A stretch of DNA of 64,000 nt from Octopus vulgaris (taxonomy: Eukaryota). Each line of letters starts with the position of its first letter. Position 1 is the first letter of the stretch. The notes beneath the pieces were generated by a model. It did not search any database and was not told the origin of the DNA. It saw nothing but the letters and a program-made list of their open reading frames with translations. Below, one piece after another: positions 1 to 13,260 of the stretch. Location of the stretch: contig OX597829.1 of the NCBI GenBank assembly GCA_951406725.2, positions 53,878,001 through 53,942,000 on the forward strand, in the 5' to 3' direction. Made by a program: the position numbers and the translations under genes.

Positions 1-1039
1 ATATTAATAAACTAAATGTATAAATTCTCATTTATTTTCTATATATCAATGGATGATAGACTTCTACTAGTTTAAATTGCATTTTTATTCAATGTAGTTA
101 AACATCACATATTTTCTGTCAAAAGTTTGTGAAGTGTAACTTGAAATGAGACAGTATTTCACACAGCGGGTGGTAACAATTTTCATTTATAAAACAAGGT
201 TTGATTAAAACATACTGTGAATGATGCATTATACATATTCTCCTCAAATAAATTTCTTGATTTACATGTGTACAAACACAAAAAAGAAAATTGCTGCTGA
301 GGTAAAAGTAACAGAAATCAATATACATGACCTGTTGGAATAGAGATACAGCAAATTAATGCCTCACTCAACTGAAACGGGCATTGTATTAAGTTCCATG
401 GAAACAAGAGTAGAATGACTGGTTCTACTCTGTTTAAACTCTTTATGAAGAGAGGGGAAGTAAACAGTTTGCTTTGGCTGTATTCTGTTCTACCAAAGGA
501 AAAGAGAGAGAGAGAGAACGTTGTGTTCCACTTTATTTAACCAGTGTACGATTGAGAACTACTGCTTCCTCTCTGGTCACACAAATGGGTGAAAAATAGT
601 GAATAACTAAAACTTGGTTGATATGAGAGTTGCTATATTAGTTGACTTTTAGATTGTTGAGAAAACAGCAATCAATTAGCATCAAACCAAAACAAGTGGT
701 TGCAATGGAGCTGATCTAAGTTGCCAGGTGATTGGAACTTTGTTGGAGATCTGTACTTTTTTGAAACTTCATAGCAGATCTATGCTTTATCACTGAGCCA
801 AGTCATCAACAATTGTGAAATGTACAGCCTTTGACATGATGCCAAGTGTCAGGAAACTTGGCTTCACCTTGTTAAAATAGAATGCTGAGCTATTTGACCA
901 GAAAATAGGTAGTTTTTAGCTTATAGAAGCAACAAAGTGATATGCTAATGTCCCTTGAGTTATCAATGGTGAATGTAGTATGCTAGAAAACAAGTTGAAA
1001 CTATCATCTTGGATCTATTATTTCATTTGAATGTGTGTA

Positions 1040-1936
1040 CAGGGTGTTTGGGCTAAATTTCACAATTTTTTTGTGTCCCCTTTTTTTTTCAAGAAAAGTA
1101 TGACATATGATGTCAGCAGCATTGGAGGGCATAAAAATTGAAGTTGTAACTGAGAAAAGATTAACAGACATAGAAGACTGGCAGCCATCTGAATATTGGA
1201 AAAGAGTTATTTGAAGTGTGATGATTCGCACTGGATATCAAAATGCCAACAACATGACCGTTACTCAATGCTCTGTGAACACAGAAAGGTTGTAGGATGT
1301 GAACTAGACAACTGCAACAGAGACTACAAAAGCCATGGCTAGCAGGAAGAGACACAGCAGGCATTCTAGCTGCATCTGCATGGTGGAATTCATTCACACA
1401 TTATTGAACAGGATCTTGGGCTCAGTTCAGACAGCTATGTGAAGCTGTTAGAGACCATGGTTAAACCCTGGCTGGAGAGGTTTGCTGCTGGAAGTCCATG
1501 TGTGTAGTAGCAGAATTCGGTTCCTTGTTATACCTCCAGAAAGTGTCAGAAGTGGTTTGAGAATTTCTACGACTTCACTGGTCCCAGTTTCTAATCTCCT
1601 AATTGCCCTGATTGTAATCTGACGGATTACTATGTGTGGGGCTTGATTGAGAAAGACATCAGTCATTCTGTCAGCAATACCAAGTCCAAGCTGGCGGCCA
1701 AGATGAAGGAATTTTTTTGAAGACCTTCCCAAGGATGCAGTGAGGAATACATCTGCCAGGTTTTGGAACCATCTTGAGACCATGGTGGAAGCTGAGGGCA
1801 GCTATTTAAGTAAACTGTTCACAGCCATAATTTAATTTGATATTTTTTGATTTTTTAAAAATATTTTTATTTTTGGAAGAAATATTGTGTTTTCTTTTCC
1901 TTTTGTGCAAACTGTCAAATTTAGAATTGAACATTG
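1040..1936 (+). mobile_element. Decayed, internally deleted Tc1/mariner-superfamily element (DD37D/maT-like)
   Basis: Imperfect TIRs TA|cagggtgtttgggctaaatttcaca ... tgtcaaatttagaattgaacattg|TA; relic catalytic motif PNCPDCNLTDYYVWG near 1600-1640. Confidence 0.7.
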
Positions 1937-1984
1937 TATCGTGTGTGCATATGCCCTGCATTAATTATTTCAATCTTTCAACAG

Positions 1985-2147
1985 AAAAATGGCCATACTG
2001 AAGAGATTCTCTGCATTGCTCAGTCTGCTTCCCATATGTTAGCCACAGCAAGTTATGATGGGGAAATCATCGTCTGGAAGCTTATGTCTGGTCACATATT
2101 TTGTCACCTCAGAGCTCCAATGCCGTTTGAATATCAAAATGTTTCAA
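1985..2147 (+). CDS. WD40-repeat protein (WDR49/WDR95-like family), first coding exon visible in the window; upstream exons lie outside it
   Basis: Acceptor ttcaacag|, reads KNGHTEEILCIAQSASHMLATASYDGEIIVWKLMSGHIFCHL (GH...ATASYDGEIIVW WD40 repeat), donor gtaaaa at 2148, phase 1. Confidence 0.9.
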
Positions 2148-3842
2148 GTAAAACTTATTCTCTTTTAGATCTAAATCTGATTTCTATAAATCTTTGATAA
2201 ATGCATATGTACATAGACACATATATACATAACTACATATATACATACATACTTACATATGTAAGTACCTACATACATATACGTATCAGTTCATCATCAT
2301 CATTGTTTAAAGTCTGTTTTCCATGCTGGCATGAGTTGGACGGTTTGACTGAGGACTGGCAATCCAGAAGGCTGCACCAGGCTCCAATCTGATCTGGCAA
2401 GGTTTCTACAGCTGGATGCCCTTCCTAATGCCAACCATTCCAAGAGTGTAGTGGGCGCTTTTTATGTGCCACCGGCATAGGGGCTAGAGGAGGCTGGCAA
2501 ACGGCCACAATCAGTTGGTGCTTTTTACATGTCACTGACACAGACGCCAGTCAGGCGGCGCTGGCATCAGCCATGTTCAGATGGTGCTTTTCACATGCCA
2601 CCGGCAATATATATATTAGTGCTTTTCTTTTTCTCCTTTTTTTTCTCGTTTTGTCTATCTCAGAAGAAAAGTTGAGTGAGTACTTGAAATGATGTAAAAT
2701 ATACTTCCCTCTTTTCATCCTTACCCATTTCCTGAGCTTCAGCCCAATACATTTCGTGTTTTTTGTGCTATATTTTTTGGTACATATATATATCACATGG
2801 TCAACCAGACTATCACATGATGTTATACATCGCTGGTCACAATGCACTTTGCATTGTTTTACCCTTCGAATAACATCATCTCGCTTGGCTAGGTGAGAAG
2901 GCCATCATTCCCAGCTGATCGAAAGGTGCAACTTGGAATGAAGTGTTTTGCTCAAGAACACAACATGCTGCCCAGTCTGAAAACCGAACTCATGATCTAG
3001 CAATTGCAAGTGCAACATCCTAACCACTAGGTCACATGCCTTCACACATACAAATTGTAAAAGCACACAAACACACACACACAAATACATACATAGACAT
3101 CATGAAGATATATATATGTGCCGGTGGCACATAAAAAGCACCATCTGAACGTGGCTTCCATGCCGCTGGCACGTTAAAAGCTCCAACCGATCGTGGTCGA
3201 TGCCGGACCCCCCTGGCACCTGTGCAGGTGGCACGTAAAATGCACCCACTACACTCACAGAGTGGTTGGCGTTAGGAAGGGCATCCAGTCGTAGAAACTC
3301 TGCCAGATCAGACTGGAGCCTGGAGCAGCCCCTGGCTTCTCAGACCCCGGTCGAACCGTCCAACCCGTGCTAGCGCGGAAAACGGACGTTAAACGATGAT
3401 GATGATGAAGATGATATATGTATATATCTGAAAGTTTGTATAATGCTAAATTACGTGAAAAAAAATGGTATTAATCAATCTCTCAGATCACAACACAATG
3501 AGGATTTTATAAAAACATTGTTTGTACCACAACTTACCATTCTTAGTCAAGTGGAACTTCAGTTTCTAAAAGCACAAATTTTTGTTCTTACGTATTTCCG
3601 GAAGAAGTATTAACATATTGCCGGTTATTAGCCAAAATATTGGTGACATGCCTCACACTGTTTCTTAATTCATGAGTGCAACCTTTGTTGAAATGTAAGA
3701 AAGAAAAAATCTGGAGCTTGATATATTAAGCTTTCTAATTTGAAATGGATTTCCTGATTCATGTAATTAAATAAAATTTTCTAACTATTTTTTTAGTTCT
3801 AACTTTTTATCTATTATTCATTATTCACATTTTTATTCACAG

Positions 3843-3994
3843 TTGATGGTGACCTGAGTATAAAAAAACTTTTGTTTATTGACTACAAACCATCCAATCC
3901 ATGTAAAGCACAACTGATCTCTAATGGACCCTATTCTTGTATACATTTTTGGAATATTTTCAATGATGGCCAGCTTCTGGCACAGTTCTCTGCT
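3843..3994 (+). CDS. WD40-repeat protein exon
   Basis: ttcacag| acceptor and gtaagt donor; phase 1 in, 0 out; (I)DGDLSIKKLLFIDYKPSNPCKAQLISNGPYSCIHFWNIFNDGQLLAQFSA, open and in frame with both neighbours. Confidence 0.88.
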
Positions 3995-5441
3995 GTAAGT
4001 TTGAAATTCATTATTTACATTTCAAATATCAATATTTGGTTATCATGAAACTCTGCTTTTGCAATTTGTTTAATTATCTAGATGAACACATTCCTGTCAG
4101 TTATTCATATACATCAAGGTCTCTAAACATTTAAAGCCATTACTTGGAAGTAGAATGTTAATTATTAAAGAATTTCTCATGAAGCAGTGTACTTTTCCCA
4201 AATTCCAAATACAACATTGAAAGCTTACTACTTTGTAAATTTTTGTCTAAATATTGTTTCCATAATTAGAATGGAGTTCCTTCACAATTTTCCTAACATA
4301 AAGAGAAAGAACATTCAACCCATCATTCAATCCGTTTTCAAATTGCTTTCTCTCTTTGCTGCACTGTGTGGTTGTTTCTTTGAATGTTGCACCGTCGTAT
4401 CACTTTATACACTTTGGATAATTATGAAATATTTCTAAAAATATTCAAAGAAATAATTGTTGGAAAAAAGCTAACTAGAAATTGATATGCAATGAGGTAA
4501 AAAAAAAAATAAATAAATAAAAAAACTAGTTTTATCCATGACTTTTTTTTTTCCTTTTTCCAGTAAGTTTAAGTTTAAGAAGACTGCTCTAAACATGTTG
4601 TGGCTTTAAGGAACTTATACTTTGATGAAGAGATGAGAATAAGACAAAAATGTGTCTGAAGTTGTCTTTCATACTCTATAAATGAAAAAATAGTATTAGT
4701 CAGTAACTAATATTATTTTCTTCTTGTTATCACATTTATTTATTACTAATTGGGTTATAATGTTCCTTGTATTAAATTATCAATACCTCCATATTGTTTC
4801 CTTTGTGGTTGGCACTTCTGAAATATTTAACCTCAAATTTGTTTTGTATATAAAAAGAATTTGTTTAATTTCATCATTATTTCCCCAAAACAACTTCTTT
4901 TCTATTTCTCTCTCATTTAGGCAACTTGCTCAGACCAGTGTAACTCTTCAATGCTAAACATTCCAATTGAGCAATGAGGCATGAATGTCTAGCTTGGGTA
5001 TTAATCATATTGGTCTTTTGCTAGGTGAAATCTCTCATCTGTGCATGCCATGACTACAGATGATAGCCTTAGTTTTCCAATTGCACTGGTTGATCCTGTC
5101 TGTTGCCAGCTTATTGTCTTTTCATCTGCTCAGCATCTTGTGATGTTCACCTTTGACTCAATAAGACTCATTTACCAAAATAGTTCACATCCACCATGCC
5201 GCATCCCATGATTTCAATGTACCCTGGCTCAGGTGGTTACATGCTATTTAACCCATGGCTGGGACCCACACAAGTGCTTCTACTCCAGGTCACTGTAGAC
5301 CTAGGAACAATAGTGGCTAAGCGGTGGTTCCACATTCTTCAAAACTCTGGAACTCTCAAACCAGAGTCACACTATTAGATGCAGTTTCAAGTAATACTCA
5401 TTTACGACAATTTTTCTTTTTTCTTTTGGTATTTTATACAG

Positions 5442-5586
5442 TGTCAGAAAAAGGGAGCTATGGTCACCAGTATGGCATTGAATTCTTCAAATACAGTGTT
5501 ATTTTCCACTGATACATTTGGTTTTATCTATGCCTGGGATATTGATGGATATTGTGGAGTAAAGGCAGAAGAATATCCACCACCAT
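5442..5586 (+). CDS. WD40-repeat protein exon
   Basis: ttatacag| acceptor, CQKKGAMVTSMALNSSNTVLFSTDTFGFIYAWDIDGYCGVKAEEYPPP, donor gtttgt, phase 0 in, 1 out. Confidence 0.88.
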
Positions 5587-8062
5587 GTTTGTATTTGAAA
5601 CATCTTATTAATAAAAACAAATTGTACCATTCATTTTAACTAAGATTTAATTTGGAAAAAAAGGTAGAAAAGACAATACTTAGCTATTGCAAGAATTTGG
5701 GCCTAAGTACCAATTTGTAGATGACTTCTTCATTTCCTTCCACTAATCTCAGAAGTCTGAAGATATTTTCCTATAAAAAAATTACTTTTGATGGCTGCTA
5801 CCGAAAACTGAAGTGAATGCTGCTGCCATTTCTATATTTTCCTCAAAAGGGTTACTAGTATTTATGTTATCAAGCTTCAAAAGTTAAATTAATAATAATA
5901 GGATTCGACTCAAAATATCTCTTCTGAAATTTTGGGTAGCAGCTAGCAAAATTTGGATCTTCATATCATCTTTCATTATAAGTCAGTTGGTTTCATTTAA
6001 TGAAAAAGGTTTTTTATGGATTAAGACATTCATCATCCTCATCATCATCATCGTTTAACGTCCGTTCTCCATGCTAGCATGGGTTGGACGGTTCAACCGG
6101 GGATCTGGGAAGCCAGAAGGCTGCACCAGGCTCCGGTCTTATCTGGCAATGTTTCTACAGCTGGATGCCCTACCACTCCGTGAGTGTAGTGGGTGCTTTT
6201 TACATGCCACCTGCACTATTTCTCCTAAACTATATTAATATTTTAATAATATTTCCATAATCAAACATACACTTTTATTTCTAAATTGTTTAAAATTATT
6301 GAGATTTAAAATTCCTCTACTTAGGATACTTAATTGGTACAGTTCCTGTTTTTATTCACATATGATACATAATAATACAGAGACTTTTAATCATGCACAA
6401 TGAAATACTAGGAAAAATATAACTTGTGTATAATGCATGCTGACTTTCCTTTAGTATTGTGAGGTATAGAAAAAAGAATGTTTAGTTAAATTTATTATAA
6501 TTGCTATATAAAATATATATACATATAAATACATTTAAAAAGCACATATATATGATATGCATCCTAAATGAAACAAAATACAAATTCAAAAATGACCTTA
6601 CAATAGACCGAACAAGTGCACCTTGTAAAGTGCGTTATGTGGATGTACACAAGGTCATGCTATTAAGAATAACAAGGTGTTTGTTTGTTTTCAACTCTTC
6701 TCACATTTTTGTGGATTTAAAAGAAAAATGATCTTCAGTTTTTGTTTTGAACCAGCATCTGACCTTTTCTTTAATTTAAAAATATTTTTTTGATTAAAAA
6801 AGAAATCTGTTACATCAGAATCTTTATAAATAGAAACCACAACATTTTAAAATTTTAGTAAATGAAAATAACAACTATTTTAAAATCTTCCACTTTCATA
6901 TGTAATTTTGTGGAACATAAATTGTGTTGATAATATTGAAAATATCCATCTGTATTTGAATTCTTGTCTGAATGAAAACAACAAGAAAAAAAATTCTGTT
7001 TTATTAATACCAATATCAGCTGTACTTTCAGGTTAGTTCATATTATTTATTGTGAGCAAAGACAGTTAGCCAGTGGTCAACAGAGCCTCCAGTTAGGTGG
7101 CTATGTGGAGGGACTGTTGTAACATCATGAAATGTTTAACATAAAATGTAGATTTCTGATGCATACTTATGGAACATAATGAACCCCCTAATATGGCCAT
7201 GCACTTGAGTCAGACCAAAATGAGTACTGTTTAGTTCTTAAGCCTTATGTACATATCTAATTCTTAGACTTAAAAAGTCTGGAATAAAGGTGAATTTTAT
7301 ACAGGAATAAATACCATTATTCTTTATTAAGAAAATTTAAAGATGAATTTTTATAGTTCATTGTTTCATGACACTGTGCCTTGATTCTTTATTTTGGACC
7401 TTATTCTTATGGAAAAACATTTTGTGTGGTCAGATGCTTGCTTCCCAACCACATGGCTTTACAGGTATCAGTCCCACTGTCTGGCTAGTTTGAGCAAATA
7501 TCTTCTACTATAGCCACAGGCTGACCAAAGTCTTGTGAGTGGATTTGGTAGACGGAAACTGAAAGAAAGCCAGTGTGTGTGTATTGTGTCTTTGTGTCTG
7601 TGTTTGTTCCCCACTTCTGCTTGACAACCAGTGTTGGTGTGTTTACATCCCCGTAACTTAGCAGCTCAGCAAAAGAGACTGACAGAATATGTACCCTGGC
7701 TTAAAATGAAAATAAGTACTTGGTTCGAACTATTTGACTAAAAACTTACGAAGTGATGCCCCAGTATGGCCGCAGTCTAACGACCGAAACAAGTAAAAGA
7801 TAAAAGATGAACGATATACCAAGGTCACTTCTTTCATTACCATCTTTGATTTCAAATTGCACACACACACACACACACACACAACAAATCACTTCCCTAA
7901 TACAAATGTTTTTTAAACACATATGAATCTAGAAACTTTTGTAATACCTGAATTACACAATGGTCTGCTAAGTTACAGTTGTCAAGTGGTGGAGGAGACT
8001 AGCATCAACATAAAGACACACTCATAGACATATACATTTATATATATATATATATATATATA

Positions 8063-9923
8063 CTAACTGAAGGTGACCCGCTCTACGTGCGGGTAAAGAG
8101 TGTGGTTGTTACTTTCTGTTGCTTCCTTTCAGCACGTAAAAAGCACCATCCGAACGTGGCCGATTGCAGCGCCGCCTTGACTGGCTTCTGTGCCGGTGGC
8201 ACGTAAAAAGCACCAACCGATCATGGCCGCTGCCAGCCCCCTGGCACCTGTGCCGGCGGCACGAAAAAAGCACCCACTACGCTCACAGAGTGGTTGGCGT
8301 TAGGAAGGGCATCCACCTGTAGCAACACCGCCAGATCAGACTGGAGCCTGGTGCAGCCTCCTGGCTTCCCAGACCCCGGTCAAACTGTCCAACCCGTGCT
8401 AGCACGGAAAACGGATGTTAAACGACGATGATGATGATGATTCTCCCTCTTTGTTTCTCTCTCCTTTCTCTCTCACTTTCCCCACGCTTTTACTCTTCCT
8501 TTCTCTCGAACTCTCCCTCGCTTTCTCTTACTCTCTATCTTTATCTATCTCTCTCCCATTTGTAAACAACAAAAGATCTTGAGTAAGTTGAGAAATAAAA
8601 TATTTAGAAAGATCAATCATAAATATCAGGCAGTAACAACGGAAAGGTCTGCTTCAAGGCAGACAGCAAAACACTAACATTTAAAAGGGACTGACAAACT
8701 TGCGAGCTGAATAAAAATAATAAAATATTGGAAACCAAAGTTTGAAGGGATAGAATCTGAGGATAGTAGAGTCACCATGGCTGGCATTTCTTAACAACGG
8801 ACAGCAACGTTTTGACAGTTTAACGGTTGGCGTAAAATTTTTAACTTGATGTAAAAGAAAATTTGTAAGCACCAAGTTTTGAAGTGATTCTTTCTCACAA
8901 CAGTAGACTCACCATGGCAAGCATTCAAAACTTCTTCATCATGGACGGCAACACATTGACGATTAAAAGGCTGGTGCAAATTTTGTAGCTTGATGTAACA
9001 GAGAATTCCTAAACACCCACTCCTTTAAATTTTAATCCCCTTCCAGCCCCATTTAGACCCCTTTTCACATTTTGGTTAATATAACCCGATTTCATTCGGG
9101 TCTACTGGGGCCACATTTTATAAGATGAGGAATTTTGTCCTAGAGATCACGCATTTCATTTGAGGAAAAAAAATAGTTGTCATGCAAACTTGCCAGCACT
9201 TTTAACATAGGTCTGCATATTTTCAGCTCAAGCCACCACATAATGCACACATTATATATATGTATATATGTGTGTGTGTGTGTGTTGGAGTCTCTCTCAT
9301 ATGTGAGCATTGACGCTGAATTCGACTGGTAAGCAGGTAACGTTGACTTTGTTGAAATAGTTGTGAGGTGCTGGAGTTATTTGTCTGACGGGTAATAGGA
9401 ATTTCCATATCCTCCGAGGAAACGAACTGTTGACCCAGACAATTAGAATTAATTTTAATAAGAGCATCAATTTAAGAAAAAATAATAAAGTAGTAAAAAA
9501 TGAAAATTTAGCACAAAAAATTTGCAGGGTTCTAAATAAATGTTAAAATGTAATAGATACGAAAAACCTACGTTATATTTGTTGTCATGATTGTGTGTTT
9601 GTGGTGGCGATGGTAATTCTCTCTATGAATGCAGACAGATACATAAAAGAACGCCGAAGTGATGGGAAGATAGGAAACAGAGTGAGTGAAAAGTGCTGGG
9701 AAGAGAGGAAATAGCGAGAGTGAGTTGAGGAAGACAGATACATTAAAGAACGGGAGTGGACTTGTCAAAGTGGGTTTTTGGCCCTAGCAACGACACCTTT
9801 TAAGATAGGCATCGTCACCTCATTTTACATGTCCCTGTAAATTTTGGAGTGAATCCGACGGGATGTAGTGGCCTTGAAAGCGATCCAAGCGGTAAAAACG
9901 CATTTCAGTTTTATATATAGAGA
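8063..9923 (-). mobile_element. Non-autonomous Helitron (about 1.86 kb including a nested SINE)
   Basis: Minus strand: A|TCTCTATATATAAAA 5' end; GC-rich subterminal hairpin ACCCGCacgtagaGCGGGT about 12 nt before TTAG|T; no TSD; internal ~140-bp duplication at 8760-9020. Confidence 0.8.
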
Positions 9924-9930
9924 TATATAT

Positions 9931-10080
9931 ACCGAAGTAAACACATAAATGTGAAACAAGGTGGAAAAAAGAGTACTCAAATACCAGTGGTAGAGTAATA
10001 TGCTTTATTTAAAGCAGCAGAAAATTCAACAAAACCTGTTACTCTGAGTTTCCCGTTGCTGTTCGTCGGACAGTTTTTGC
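9931..10080 (-). mobile_element. ~150-bp non-autonomous element in (TA)n carrying a hammerhead-like motif; other copies at 15137-15322, 54993-55110 and 56689-56762
   Basis: Four highly similar copies starting accggagtaaacacataaatgtgaaac (or close variants), each next to a TA-rich tract. Confidence 0.8.
10030..10079 (-). ncRNA. Candidate minimal type I hammerhead ribozyme (variant core)
   Basis: CAAAAACTGT-CCGACGA-acagcaacgg-GAAA-CTCaGAG-T-A|ACAGGTTTTG: stem I 9/10 bp, stem III CTC/GAG, GUA triplet; U4->C and weak stem II. Confidence 0.55.
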
Positions 10081-10103
10081 TATATATATATACACAGTTT
10101 TTG

Positions 10104-10151
<48 letters not shown>

Positions 10152-10386
10152 TCAACTGGTTTCTTTCTGTCTCTGGCTACCAAATTAATTCTCAAGATTT
10201 TGGTCAGCCCAGAGCTATAGTAGAAGACACTTGTACAGGATGCCATGCAGTGAGACTGAACCCAGAACCATGTTGTTAAGAAACAAACTTACCACACAGC
10301 AACATTTCTAATTTTCTTTTAATCTTTTACTTATTATGTTATGAATTTTTGTTCTTATTTTATCTTATGTCCATCGTCTGGAAATA

Positions 10387-10528
10387 TTTCATCACGCACC
10401 TGCGACCTCTTCAACAACTCTTCCATCCTGTGTGTCTCCTTCTCCTCTGTTTAGACCATTCTAAACAGAACAGGAGGAGACACGTGGGATGGAAGAGTTG
10501 CTGAAGAGGTCACAGATGTTTGAGGAAA
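10387..10528. repeat. ~68-bp-arm inverted repeat of a PLE-tail-like family (related sequence at ~12200-12262)
   Basis: Arms 10387-10454 and 10461-10528 around the loop accatt; the right arm contains CTGAAGA...GAAA. Confidence 0.8.
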
Positions 10529-10635
10529 CATTTCCTGGCAATTGTGTTTTTTATTTTTTATTTCATAAATGTTGATGTCAAAATAATATGTAATTTTTTT
10601 TTTATGATGATCCCATTACTGCTTATTGTATTTAG

Positions 10636-10764
10636 TGATTGGAAAATGGCGAGGTCATACTAAGAGTATCAGCGAAATAATATTCGTTGATGATTACCAA
10701 CTTCTTGTTACTGCTTCTTCTGATTGCAGAGTGAGAGTTTGGACAACTGAGGGACTATACATAG
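10636..10764 (+). CDS. WD40-repeat protein exon
   Basis: tatttag| acceptor, (L)IGKWRGHTKSISEIIFVDDYQLLVTASSDCRVRVWTTEGLYI(G) is a canonical WD40 repeat, donor gtgagt. Confidence 0.92.
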
Positions 10765-10826
10765 GTGAGTTTTTTCGCTTTGTTAATTTAATGTTTTAAC
10801 TCATGAAATTAACATATTAGAGTATG

Positions 10827-11054
10827 TTAACTCTTTAGCATTTAAACTAGCTGCATATGGCCCAGATACTCAACCTGTTTTATGCTGAGACCAGCCAGAT
10901 CTGGATTTTTAAACTTAGCCTGTAATGTCATTCTACAAATAAACAGTCATATCATCAAAATCTCAAAACTATGAGATAATGCAGGATTAATTTAAGAGAG
11001 TGTGAATAAATAAGCATTACATTTGAGAGAGTAATCTGAATGCTAAATGATTAA
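10827..11054. mobile_element. ~225-bp MITE bounded by TTAA with short TIRs (piggyBac-like); other copies at ~21150-21362, 44660-44840, 45205-45425 and 45710-46262
   Basis: Consensus ttaaccctttagcatt ... aatgctaaagggttaa with a shared internal sequence in at least 7 copies. Confidence 0.7.
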
Positions 11055-11219
11055 CCTGAATATATTAATCTACCATTGATGTTCTTTTATTCTTTTACTG
11101 GATTGGACTGTGGCCATGCTGGGGGACGCAACATCAACAACACTGGTTTTTAAACTAGTGTACATATAAACTGCCACACAAAATTATACTTGTGTATTAT
11201 ATATACACATATATATATA

Positions 11220-11625
11220 CAGGGTGTAATGTTGCCATTTCATATTTTTAATTTCGTGCAACGTGCATTGTTTGTTTTTGATTTTGTCGACTACACAGCA
11301 TAGTAGGGTCAGTTGGGCACCATCTGTGAGAAAAACAGTACCATGATGCGATTCACTCTGCCACAAATTTGGAAATGACATGCTGTACTTCTTGGCATCT
11401 ATGCCGGAAGCTCCAATACAAACATCTCAAAGTATTTGGGTGTCGAGATATTAGAACATGTACTGAGAGTGATGAAAATCAAACATCCAGTCAATATCAT
11501 GGTGTTTGGGGTTTTCACTAGTGAAGGTGACATTATACCTCCATTCATCTTCCCACGAGACCTCAGACTCAACATGGAGGCCTACATCAAGTGCCTGGAG
11601 GAGGTAGTGCTGCCCTGGGTCACAC
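11220..11625 (+). mobile_element. Tc1/mariner (DD37D-like) transposase fragment
   Basis: TA|cagggtg end; KHPVNIMVFGVFTSEGDIIPPFIFPRDLRLNMEAYIKCLEEVVLPW. Confidence 0.75.
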
Positions 11626-12451
11626 CACATAACTAAAGACAGATGGGAAGAGAAGAGAGAACAAAATGTAATAGCAAATAAAACACAGATACATGTAGGG
11701 TAATACACACACAATAGACATATATGCGCATACCTGTGATAAATAAATGTATTTGTTACATACCTGTGATGAAGATAAGAAATAGAGGTAGATAAAAAAG
11801 AAACAAATAAATAAATTTATATAAAGGGCAAGGATACAAGCAACATAAGAAACAAACCTATATACACACACAATAACTTCACAACAGTATCAACAACACG
11901 ACCAACAATGATAGCAGCAGTGGCAGTGACAACGATGGTAACAACAACAACAACTACTATGATGGCAACACCATGGGCAAATGCACAAACACAGAGGGAT
12001 ACAGGAACTGTACCAAAGTTTTGGGTCATAGTATAGCAGCAGCACAACGGGGTGAGCAGATGAGGCTGGGGGAAAGGCCATACTACTGTTAAGAACTATG
12101 ACACACACACAAGCATACATGGACACAGACGCATGCGCACATAAGCATACACATCATAGGAGAGCAGAAATGGAGTAAGTGGAGCGAGAGCACACAAGAA
12201 AACAAAGTGTCGCTGAAGAGGTCACAGATGTGTAATGAAAGATTTTTGGACAATGGACATGAGTTACGGTAAGAACAATAATAAATGAGTGAAGAAAAAA
12301 TATATACAGTGCGTGTGTTTATTTGGCAAAAAGAAAATATGATCATCCTGAAATACAACAATATTGGTTTCAACACACGATTTCACATCAGGAACCTTGC
12401 AACACAAATTGATATATATATTTATATACTCTTTTACTCTTTTATATATAT

Positions 12452-13007
12452 CCGACTGTGGCCGTTTGCCAGCCCTGTCTGGCACCTGTGCCGGTGGCAC
12501 GTAAAAAGCACCCACTACACTCACGGAGTGGTTGCCGTTAGGAAGGGCATCCAGCTATAGAAACATTGCCAGATCAGACTGGAGCCTGGTGTAGCCTTCT
12601 GGCTTCCCAGATCCCGGTTGAACCATCCAACCCATGCTAGCATGGAAAGCGGATGCTAAATAATGATGATGATGATGATGATATATTTGTATGTGTATAT
12701 ATCATCATCATCATCGTTTAACATCCGTTTTCCGCGCTAGCACGGGTTGGACGGTTTCGACCGGGGTCTGGGGAGCCAGGGGCTGCCCCAGGCTCCAGTC
12801 TGGTCTGGCAGTGTTTCTACAGCTGGATGCCCTTCCTAACGCCAACCACTCCGCGAGTGTAGTGGGTGCTTTTTACGTGCCACCTGCACAGGTGCCAGAG
12901 GGGTCTGGCATCGGCCACGGTCGGTTGGTGCTTTTTATGTGCCACCTGCACAGAAGCCAGTCGGGGCGGTGCTGGCATCGGCCACGTTCGGATGGTGCTT
13001 TTTATGT
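12452..13007. repeat. Two tail-to-tail copies of the dominant SINE-like family A (GGAAGGGCATCC core, (GAT)n tail)
   Basis: About 20 copies in the window, e.g. 2291-2607, 3118-3414, 6031-6215, 8131-8441, 14491-14600, 19522-19850, 21565-21910, 25826-26122, 26636-26920, 38410-38740, 43292-43488, 46810-47135, 55322-55467, 56557-56687. Confidence 0.9.
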
Positions 13008-13260
13008 GGGGGGTGGTGCAGAAATATAGGGGAGCACCAGTGGGGAGGGGTGTTCGGAGAAACGATGACAGGTTCTAGACAAGTAGAACGTAGGATATCA
13101 CGAGAGGGGTAATGCATGGTGAAATAGCGTATTGAAGAGGGGGGTTTGAAGAGTAGACACCTATAATGGTGGTGGGAGAAGCGACATCCGGTATAGATGG
13201 AGCAAAAATATAGAGATATCCGGTATTGGTGGTGGGGGTGGGCAAGGGCGGGTGCACCGT

